From Girardia tigrina (Eukaryota), in contig MQRK01225273.1 in assembly GCA_001938485.1 (NCBI GenBank), positions 1-62,478 on the forward strand: a stretch of 62,478 nucleotides of DNA, written 5' to 3'. A program made the translations under genes and the position numbers. Position 1 is the stretch's first letter; every line of letters starts with the position of its first letter. Positions 13,501 through 25,500 of this stretch are shown one piece after another. The notes beneath the pieces were generated by a model. It saw only the letters and a program-made list of their open reading frames with translations, searched no databases and was not told the origin of the DNA.

Positions 13501-16500
13501 AAAATATATTCATTTTAGATATCAAAAGTATCAAATCCGAATATTGCCGATCTATTTTAAATCAAATTATTTGCAAGTAAATCTACGTTTAAAAAACATT
13601 TTTTATTTACTTACAAAAGATAAACAGTAAAATTACTTTCAATGAATAATATTAATTTCATACAAATGAAAATTTATTTTATCCATTATATTTTTATTCT
13701 TTTTCCCCTTTTTTGTGAACATTTATATGTATTATTGAACCATATTAATGCTTTTTTGATCGGAATTGTTTATTTTGCGCAGATTATTTTATTTGATTAT
13801 TTTCAAGAACACCAATTTTAATTCTCCTGATTCACGTAGTGAACGACAACAAATATATAATGCCTTAAATAGTCGACAAAGTCCACAATATGGTCATGTA
13901 AGATCGGTGATTAAAGGTCTTAGAAATTTCTAACTATTAGGTGTATAACTTAGTTTTTTGAATTTTTTTGAAGAACAGACAAGTTTATTTGTATGACATA
14001 ATAAGTTTTATTCTAATCAAAATATTTTCCATTGTTAATTATGATTTTCGACCATCTTTCAGGCAAATTATGAATTCCATCGAAAAAAAGTTTTGGTCTT
14101 TTGATGCCATCCATTGTTCCAGCCATTTTTTATATGTTTCTGGTTTCTGAAGTGCTGGTCCCGAAGAGCGCTTTGCATTGATCGGAACAGATGATAATCT
14201 GATGCGGCACAATCTGGTGAATAGGCAGCATGCGGTAGAATTTCCCATTTAAGTGCTTNNNNNNNNNNNNNNNNNNNNNNNNNNNNNNNNNNNNNNNNNN
14301 NNNNNNNNNNNNNNNNNNNNNNNNNNNNNNNNNNNNNNNNNNNNNNNNNNNNNNNNNNNNNNNATTTCATTAACTGTTGTTGGTAACGTTCTGCATTAAC
14401 AGTTTCATTCGAATTCAGTAGCTCATAGTACAGTACACCTTTCTGATCCCACCAAATGCACAACATAACCTTGCTTCCATGACTGTTTCTTTTTGCTGTT
14501 GACGTGGACGGTTCGCCGGGATGAACCCACGTTTTCTTGCGTTTAGAGTTAACATAATAAATCCATTTTTCATCTCCTGTCACAATATTATGCAAAAACG
14601 ACCATCTTCGTTGTCTTGTAAGAAATGAATTGAATATCAGTAATCGACTTTCAATGTTGGCTTGATTCAATTCATGTGGTATCCATTTCCCTTCTTTTAG
14701 AATCATTTTCATAGCATGTAGACGTTTACTTATGGCTGCTTGAGTAACATTTAACTGTTTTGCAAGCTCTTTCTCTGTTTGAGTATAATCTTCCTTCAGT
14801 AATGATTCCAAATCTTCANNNNNNNNNNNNNNNNNNNNNNNNNNNNNNNNNNNNNNNNNNNNNNNNNNNNNNNNNNNNNNNNNNNNNNNNNNNNNNNNNN
14901 NNNNNNNNNNNNNNNNNNNNNNNNNNNNNNNNNNNNNNNNNNNNNNNNNAAAACTGTCTGCAGCTTTTTTCTTTTGATTAAAGCAAAACAGTAGTGCTTC
15001 CCGCAAATACTGTTTTGTTGGTATGAAAGTTGTCATGCTAAAACGTGATTAAAAATATGTTTATGACGTATTTAAGGTCAATGATCTATTTACTTTTAAT
15101 GCCTCGATTTCAGTACTTTAAAAATCTGTACGTACAACTGTAAAATAATGCTTATTACAAAGGTTACACCATCTCTTAGAAAACCCAAAAAAACTAAGTT
15201 ATACACCTAATATATAGAATTGTCAGATAAAAAAATATTTCGTATCTTAACTGTGGAATTAGGGATGAAAAACCTTTCGGCAAGATGAGTTCCTTCAGAG
15301 AATGAGAATTCGTCATGTACAAATTAAAAAATGGAGATCAATGGGTTTTTTAACCCTCAAATATGATAATATCAGTGAAAAAAGCTTGAATATATATTTT
15401 TTTCAGTCTTTATATGCTAAAAATATAACAAATTGACTTTCTTATCAAGGGCCAACCATTAAACGTTGAATATTACATTAAACATTTTAGAATGCCGTAA
15501 GAAAATCCATTTTCATTGGAACAATATAGGTTCCCATAGAAGTTCTGTTCTTTCAAATTGCCATTTCAGTCAAATTACATCGATGAGATTTCAGATTGTT
15601 TTGGGTTTGATATAAAGGGTAAAATTGAGCGGATTGTTTTGATTATGCTAAGTTTCGTCTGAAAAATTAGCTTTTGGTTGACTGCTAATTGCTATCTGTA
15701 TCATATGTATCCATTGGAAGCAGGATATTTCGATGCCGGACATTTTGATACCGCCGTTTCGACGCTGGGACTTTTTGACGCCGCCGTTTTGACGAGGGGA
15801 ATAAATAAATAATATTTATTAAAATATTTCCACATGATTTCATAAAATTTAAAATTTAGAAAAGTTTTATATGCCTTATTTTTATATTTCGATGTTAACG
15901 TTCATATGATTTTACTAAGATTTGAAACACATGAAAATAAACATAGAAAAATAAATAATTAAAAACTGAAAATAAAACTTTTATATTATGTATTGGAAGA
16001 TTCCTATTAATGAATCAATTAATTATAAACATTTGTATGTATAATTACTTTTGTTTATTTACTTCAAACTCTTTAATTTTCACTGATTGATTTGTTTAGT
16101 CACAAATTAAAATTAGTTTTTTTTATTAAATATTTGAAATTTGTAAAAAAAATAAATCGATTAAATTGCAGTTGGTTTAACTGCATCAATTGTAATAAAA
16201 TCTTAATTGAATAAAATATAAAAGTTTTAAAAAGGTGAATTGAGTTTTGTGTTTTTCATTGAATTCGAAATCGAAAATTTGAAAACAAAATTTAAAAATG
16301 GGCAACTATTTTGATAGCAAATCGTGTTTGGACTTAAATGGGAATCGTCAGCAATTACTTTCGGATGATCGATCGAGAGTATCACCGATCGATTCTTCCT
16401 CCGGCGACTATGCGGAGGATTTGGTGAATTGTTTTTTCATTAGTCGTGGTCTGGGAAGTAAGTCGATGTTGCTCAGGCAGAGTGGCCGCGATGTTTGGAC

Positions 16501-19500
16501 AGACGGAGAGGAAAATAATCGATTTGAAATGGGAGAAATTAAATTAAAATTTGTGGATTCCGTTAATAGAACTGATCCTTTTGAATGTCGCAAGCTTAGT
16601 TAAATTGACCGAATCACTAGGAATTCCTTCTAAAAAAATAAATAATTTAAAGGACCTAGAATGTTTCGTAGGATTGTTGAAGCTATTATTTCTAGATCAG
16701 AGAATAAGAACAAGAAAGTGGAGATTGAAGGAGAATTATTATACATTACCTTGACCGCACAATTACCCGAAGTTCTAGTCGAGCGTTGGGAGAGAACTCG
16801 TCTTTCTGAAGGAAAACCTCAGAATTTATCAGTTTTAAAGGATTGGCTAATAAATGACGTGGAAATAAAGCTGACCGCTGCGGAAGCCGTTCATTGTATT
16901 AGCACATTCAATCCCAAACAGCGAAATCAGAATATTAGAGAATTTTCTAAAGGAAAATCGTTCTTTCAAAAAGAAGAAAGAAAACCAACTGGATCGAAAA
17001 GAAATTAAAAGAACACCATGTTGAGATTTCCAAAAGTGTTTCTGCAAAAGAGGAAATGTGTGTAGATACATACACGATCTAAAAAAGGAAGAAAGTCCAA
17101 TCAAATGTAAATATTTCGAATCCGGCAATTGTAGATATGGAACTAATTGTAGAATCCTTCATATAAAGACAAACGACTCGAATCCTGATCAAAATTCAAA
17201 AATAGAAGAGAAAGAACATAAGAAAATTAGAAAGAAAGAAAATGAGAAAGATAATCAAAATGATGAGTGCCTTCTTCCGCATTTCTCAGTATTAAGAAGA
17301 CAGAAAGAAACCATCAAAGTTAGAATGGTATTCGATGCAGCCGCTAAATGGCAAGGAATTTGCCTGAACGACAAGATTCACCAAGGACCAAAATTACAAA
17401 CAGACCTGTTTGAGATTTTACTTAGATTTTGAAGATTCAATATTGCTTTAACGTGCGATATTGTAGAGATTTTTCTACAGATAAAAATTAAAGAAACAGA
17501 CAGACGGTACATGCGATTTTTGTGGAGAAAGAATAACGAGTTAGTGAAATACGAATTTAACAGGTTAGTGTTTGGAACTAATGCGTCCCCATTTTTGGTA
17601 CAATGAATTAGTAAAATGAACGCGGAAAGACATGAAATCATTGTCAGAAGCCACAAAAGCAATTTTGGAATCAACGTATATGGATGACAGTTTGATATCA
17701 GTTGAGACAGAAGAGCAAGCGGTAAAAATGTATAAAGATTTAAAATGGTTGTGGAAGCAAGCTGGGATGGATGCTAAGAAGTGAGTGTCTAATTCACAAA
17801 GTTTGAGAAACATCATTCCAGAAGGAGACAAAGCAAAGGTATATCAAATTCTAAATTAGGATGAGAAAGTTACTAAAACGCTGGGTTTAATATGGGACCC
17901 AGAACGAGATGAATTTTCGTTCAATGCTAGAGAAGAAGTTACGGAATGGTGTACAAAGCGTTAGATTTTAAGTGCATTGGCCAAGGTTTACGACCCGCTT
18001 GGTTTCCTAACAACATAAATAATGCTGGGAAAATATTAATACACGAAATCTGGATGAATGGCACCGATTGGAACGTCGAAATTTCAGAACCGTTAAAAAT
18101 TAGAGTCCAAAACTGGGTTGAACAACAAAAGAATCTAGATACAATTCGTATCAAAATAACTTTAATTGAAAAAGGAGGAAAAAATCAAATCCATGTCTTT
18201 TGTGATGCTTCTAAGGATGCTTTCGGAGCAGTTAGTTACATCAGAGAGATTTAAAAGAATGATGATAACACTAATATAATAGCAGCGAAAGGAAAAGTAT
18301 GTCAACAAAAACAGTTTCAATTCCACGATTGGAATTAATGGCTGCGGTAGTCGGAGTAAAGTTGACGAGAAAATTAGTCAGTGCCTTGGGTATAACCATG
18401 GATGAAATCCTTTTTTGGACTGACAGCATGGATGTATTGTATTGGGTGACAAGATACGGGATAAAGTTTAGTACATTTATTGCTAATCGAATTGGTTATA
18501 TTCAGGAATTCGCAAGAGGAAATCAATGGAGATACGTGCCATCAAAGGAAAATTGGACCGATATTCCTTCTAGAGGGTGCTCAGTGACACAACTTTCAGA
18601 AATGCAAAAAAGGTGGACGGGCCAGAAATTCCTTCAACTCCAGGAAGAAAATTGATCAGAACGACCAAAAGAGTTAAAACGGAAGTGTGGTTAGAGAAAT
18701 AGGGTGTTGTCTTGAACACAGTGCATATTGGTGAGAAAAATGATTCCGAGAATTCCGTGGCTAATAATCATTATTCGAAATGGAGAAAATTGGTCTTAAA
18801 AAGAATATCCGAGACACATATGATAGATAGAGTTGAGGAAGCTGAAAATGATCAATTAAGAAAGTGAGTTTGAATTAGCAGAAAAAGAAATAATAAAGAA
18901 GATCAATAAGAATGGTTAAAATCGCAGATACAATTAATTAAGACAGGAAAAAAACTTAAAGCAAAGTATTCAATATTAAAAGCAAATCCTATGATTACAG
19001 AAGACGGACTGTTGAGAAGCGACAGCATAATAGTGAAATCTGAGTACCTTCCTTGGAATTTACGATATCATTCGTGAACCGTTGAAAGCGTTCGATAAAA
19101 TCTGAATTGATTTCGCTGGTCCGATCCTTACGAAACAAGGACAGAGACACATTACAAATTATTTCATTTTATGCCCAAAAATCCTAATTAATAACAAATT
19201 ATTTCATTTTATTCCTAAAATTCCTAATTAATAACAAATTATTTCATTTTATTCCTAAAATTCCTAATTAATAACAAACTATTTCAGTTTATTCCTAAAA
19301 TTCCTAATTAATAAAAAACTATTTCATTTTATTACTAAAATTCCTAATTCATAAAAAATTATTTCTTTTATTCCTAAAATTCCTAATTCATTTCAAATTA
19401 TTTCATTTAATTCTTATAATTCCTAATTCATTACAAATTATTTCATTTTATGCCAAAATATCCTAATTTCTGGCGTCGAAACGTCCCGGCGTCGTAAGGT

Positions 19501-22500
19501 CCCCACGTCGAAACGGCGGAGTCAAAATGTCCGGCGTCGAAATGTCCCGTACCCGTATTCATTGCCTTGTAAAGTACGAAATGATAGAGTAAACTTATTT
19601 TTTTCTCAAACGGCTATTGACAGCTGCCAATGGTTAAATTTGAGAGAATAAAATTGATCGCGGTTAAAGTATTTTTATTTACCCTGTTTTATGGTTATAT
19701 GGTGGCACCTTAGAAGATTTTAAAAGACAAAATTTTACCCCGAAAGCACCTTAGTAAAGAGTGGAACCTTAGTTAAAAGTGGCACCTTAGTAAAACGAAA
19801 CAAAAATTAAAAAAAAATTTCCATCTTTTTCAATGATATTTTTGAATCATCATAATCTTCATCTTCGCTACCAAAATTATTTTCATCCAACAAAATATCA
19901 ATGAGCTGCTCACGAATACCTTGATCTTCATCTACCTCATCTTTAGATTCTTCAGATTTTTCATCGCTTTCCTCAATAACTACATATTCAACGTCTTTGT
20001 GTTCATTCGGATAAAAATTGATTGCGGTCTTCTTGAAGCCATTTTTGATGGCAGAAACTGGAACTGAATCCCACGACTCTGATATCAAATGACAAATCTC
20101 ATCATATGAAGCTGTCTTCAAATTTCCTGATTTCGTATATTGCTTACAACCATTAATCATCCAATTTACCCAATGACGACGCAAATGAGCTTTAAATGAT
20201 TTGTTGACACTGATATCCAAAACTTGTAATTTTTTCGTTAATCCACCTGGAATCATGGCCATTAAGGTTCCATTTGCAACAAATTTCGATTTGACTTCGG
20301 CAGTTCGATATCCAGGAGCAGAATTTAGCATAAGAAGTGATTTTGGATTAAAAATTGCCATTCTTCTTCTCAAACATACTTTTTCAAACCACAGAAGAGT
20401 TTCACTGGATGTCATGCATGATTTTTCATTAGCTGATACGATAACATTTTGGGAAACGATCTTTTTGGTATTGTTTTGAGGCGGAAAATGACATATGCGG
20501 GCAATTTATAGCCATCAGCAGTAACACATAAGACGACTGTAAATCGAGATTTTTCAGCACCAGTTTTTGCGACGCGAACATCAGAAGAACCTTTTTGGTC
20601 AACAGTAAATTTTGATGGCATATCAAACGTTACAGGAACTTCGTCCATGTTACCAATGTGTTGAAGATAATATGCTTCTTTGTTTTTTGAAACAAAATCC
20701 ACAAAATTCATCATTTACTGTTCCCAATCATCAGGAAGTTTCTGACCAACTGAACTTACTGCACGCACGGTAAGTCTATTTTTCTTAATGAAGCTACTAA
20801 TCCAAAATATAGAACCTTTAAAATCTTTAATTTTCATTCGTACAGCCATTCCTCTAGCTTCACTTAAAATTGATATTCCGGAAAAAACATATCCTTCTTT
20901 TCTTTGTTTCAGCACCAATTCTTTTAATTTTACTTCTAATTTTGGCCATTTAATCGATCGAATTCTCCTTACAACTTTTGCTTCCTTATTTCCTTTGGCT
21001 TCCATGAGATTCTTCTCGTTCTTCCATCGTTGAATTTGATTGCGATGAACTTTAAAATGTTCAGCTGCCTTTGAATGTAAAGAATTTAATTAACAACATA
21101 CTGTTTAAATTGCAATGTATAAGTCTTTCGCTTTGCACTTGACATTTTTAGAGTACCCCGTTTTATGGTAAATTAAAACTAATTTTCATTTAAAATAAAA
21201 TTTTTAAAAAAAGCATAAAAAGCATTATTAAAAACATTCATAAAAAATTTATTAAAAAATTTAAAAAAGTATAAAAACATATAATAAGATGGCACCTTAG
21301 AAGAAAGTGGCACCAAAAAAAATTTAATAAGGTGGCACCTAAGTAAGCAGTGGTACCTTATAACCATAAAACAAGGTAATTTTTATGAAAAAAGAAATAA
21401 ATTCATTATTATTGATTGATTTTTTAGTAAAATGTTTTTTTAATTCTTTTGAAGTTCTTTATAATGCATTAGTTTAATACATCGTGTGGATTGACTTCAT
21501 CATTGGATTTCTATCTTGAAACACGTTGTCTTAGTTCGATCAATAACCTCTAAGACTCGGTATAATATTAAAAATTCACATGTTCTAAAAATTTCTATTT
21601 TGAACAACCTTTATTACTAGTACGAAAAAAAACAATTATTTTAATTAATCACTGTTTATTTTACTTTTCGGCATTTTGAAGGAAATAGACAATGTGGAGT
21701 GCTACAGTGTCATTAAATTTTATCTATAAACTTAGAGAAAGTGCAAACAAAACCATAAGAGATATCAAAAAAGTTTATAGTGGTCATTTTCCATCCATGG
21801 CGATCCTTTATTTTTTGCTATCAGAGTCTAAGTAATGCAAATGATCAGTGAATGATTCTGGTGGAGGAAGAAGACGAAATGAAATACCAAACGAAATGTG
21901 ATCATAAAACACAAGTATGCAAAATAGCAGCTCAACTGAAAATTAGCTACGATACAGCAATTTGTGAAGCAGATTTGTGCCGACGTTTTTGACTCCAAAG
22001 ATGAAAGAGGCATACTTTCGGTAGGCTCTGACCTACCTGGCAGTTTCTGAGCAAATCGTTACAACTTTTCTTGATAATAATTTACTACTCACGAAGAGAC
22101 CGTACATAGAGGGCATTACTTTTCGTGTCAAATATTATTTATCATCACAGAACCAACAGTTTTTTTGCTTCTGCTTTTGATGATCCCTTGCAAGTATGGT
22201 ATAAACTTGTTGGTAACCAAGGATGCTATATTGAGAAGGATGTAAAACATTTTTTTCATATTAGTAATAAATTGTGTTTAAAATAAAAGTTGTTAGTAGT
22301 TATGTTTCATTTCATACCGAGTCTTGGAGTCAGATCGATAAATTATGAGCATAGATATATAAATTATGCAGATGTATATCTACAATTTATCAAGATATAA
22401 ATAAATTAATGTATATATAAGTTATGCACTTTAAATATTTTTTTCTGTTAATTTCACAAAAATAGGTTTATGTTAACAAATATTTTGTTGATTCAATATC

Positions 22501-25500
22501 ATTTAATTTAGTAACATTTTTTTACAATTCAAAATTTGTCACATTTTAAAATGTTAAAATAAAACAATAAATCATGAATATTCTGTTACAAAACTGAATT
22601 TGTTATTATTACCACATTTTTTATAAACTTCACCTGTTGTCGATCTGTCCGAGAAAAATCTTTCAACTCAAATTTATAAATTAAATACTGAAATAAAACA
22701 TTAAAATAATTTTAAATTAATAGAAATCTTTTGTTAATTTAGTTAAAATATGTTTTAAAAAATGCAATAAAATAAAACATCAAATTATGTAGATTTTATA
22801 ATGGATTTTAAAGAAATTTTATAAAATATTGAAATGTTAATCTATAAAATTAGTGTAATTAAAAATAATAAATTCAATTTTTTAAATAACGTTTTTAATA
22901 AATAACTTGTCAGTATTTATAATCCAGTATTTTTATGTATAATCTGGTCAAAGAAACCGAAAGAAAAGTTCCTCAACAAAAATTGTTTGAATAATTGTTA
23001 TTTGTGATAGAAATAAAGTTTTGCGTTTAATGAATTCAATTCTTGACCAAGAACCCAATAGGTGTCAGAAGTGACTTGTGTTTCACTTGATGACACAACC
23101 CTTCCTTTATGACCCCACCTTATGATGACCATTAATTATATCTATTCAAGTAACCTTGTTAGACATTTCGTTTCATCCAAATGAGGTTGAAGGTTTGAAT
23201 TTTTTATTTTTATAATATAATACATTTTTTATTAAAATATTTTCATCATACTATTTTATTTTGTGTATAATTTATGTGTTATTTAAACAGACCGGGAAAA
23301 AAGTTAAATGAGATTTTTCCAACGAATATCGATCCTGTGGCTTTTGATTTGTTAATAAATTTGTTACAATTTAATCCCAATAAACGTTTAACAATCGAAG
23401 AGGCTCTGGAACACAAATACGTTGAGAAGTACGTTCAGTTTTAATAATAAATATTTTATCAACTTTTTCGTTGCGAAAATTATATGACTTTCTTTCTAAT
23501 TAGTGTAATTGTTACAAAAAGAGGAAAACTAATTCAATATGCTTTGGTTTTAATGAAATGAACAAGTATCCCTTGCTTCAAACGAACCTTTTGTTTCTTT
23601 CCAGTCACATAATATTTGAAAATTTTCACTAATTTTTCCTTTATTAAAAGCAATTTCATTTTGTAAAAAGTATATATATATCCATAGATACTCAGATACA
23701 ATTTTACTTATAAGAATAGGAATTTATCCCACGGAAAGGGAGAGTTCGAATCACACATTGAGGAAAGAGAATAATGAGCTCAATTACTTGAAATAAAGTC
23801 GTTTTTACTAATTAAAGCTGATTATTTTTGCAATGTTATATTTGTTATTAAAAAAAAATAAATAATCTTAACCGTCTTCAAGGTACTTAAATAGAATTTA
23901 ATTTTTAAATCTTGAGTAGGAATTCTTTTCAGGTGACATTACATTTATGACCCATTGACAAAATAAATCAATAATTTAGAGCCATTACTTCCACAAGTCA
24001 ATGAAATTTTACGAATTAGTTCAAAAATAAAAATATTAAATAAAAATAAAGGAGTAATTCATTACAGTCGTCGAAAACCAGAAGTTTCAAAGCCTAATTT
24101 ATCTTTTGAAACATTTAAAAATAATAATAAATTAATTAACAGATTTTATTGGAAATTAAAACTTTAGTTCCATTTACCATTATATATTTAACCGATCTCT
24201 GCACATAAACATAAAGGTAGTAAAGGGTAGTGGCCAAATAAACAGATTTTTCGATTTAGAAATTGTTTAAATTAAAAAAATTGTACTTCCGTATAATGAA
24301 TTTTTTTCTAATATCTCATTTTATACGTTTCAATTTTACATGTTTATCCCAACATCATTCGCGTTATACCAGATTTTTCTTGTTCAATGCGTTTTCATAC
24401 AACACGTAACGTATTAATCGCGTTTTACGGGAGTCTACTGTATTCATTAATTTTATTATTACACAACAATGAGTAAACTATCAACATAGAATTCCAAAAA
24501 CTTTCAAAAATTACCTAAATTATGATTAAAATTACAAACTTAAGAAATCAGATTTTTCGATTTTGAAATTGATTAAGTCTGTTATTTTATTCATTATTCA
24601 CGTAATTTTATTTGTCATTATGAGGAGTTAGTTAAAAATTTCGATTTTCCTAATAATTTATAATTTTTAATTTAAAATTTTGACAAAAAGTTAATAATTA
24701 GAAATTCAGTAGAAATTTTTAAAAAGAAGAACATTTAAAGAAATAATAAACTAAATAAAAGTTATAATGCAAATTTATAATATCAAGCTACTCCAAAAGT
24801 ATTTTTAAAAAAATAAATAGTTTTTATAAATTAATTTTAAAATTAGATGTTTATATAAATGAAAAAAATAATTTTATTGTGCTTAGAATATATTTTAAAA
24901 ATACATAAAAAAAGTTGGATTAAATAAAAATTTCTAAAATAATAGTATAGGATATAATAAAGTATTTTTTAAGTTTTACAAAATCATTGGATTTTATATG
25001 AATGAAATAAATTAATTTTATTTGTAATATATTTTATAAATATATTTTAAAAATAATAAAAAAAGTTTAATTAAATAAAAAGTTAAAAAATGTTATGGAA
25101 TATAATAAATTATTTTTAAGTTAAATAGTTTTTAAAAAATTAATAAGATTTTATTAGAAATGGAATAAATTAATTTTATGTGTAATATATTTTATAAATA
25201 AATTTTAAAAATAATTTGAGATTAAATAGTTGTTATAAATTAATTAAATTTTTATATAAAGAGCATGAATTCATTGATACATAATATATTTTATTTAAAA
25301 GTAATAAAAAGGCTTGATTAAATAAAAATTTCAAAAAAAAGTTTAATTAATAACATTTATGAAGAAACTAATTAACGACAAGGTCAAATAAAAATTTTAA
25401 TTAACGATAAATTTTTTGAAAATCTCGAGTTGTGATAATAATAAAATTTTCATGTTGAATTATGAACGTCGAATCTATTGACAATGAAAGAGGCATAAAC

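Larger units (their letters stand above)
15716..19554. mobile_element. Mutator-like non-autonomous element enclosing a Bel/Pao fragment
   Basis: GG..CC TIRs built from short GACATTT.GACGCCG-type sub-repeats (15716-15800, 19470-19554); 9-bp TSD GTATCCATT / GTATTCATT. Confidence 0.85.

Noticed and set aside
19150-19470. Regular repeat array as a possible CRISPR
   Set aside because: Head-to-tail 40-bp units with no unique spacers, no cas genes and a eukaryotic intronic context.
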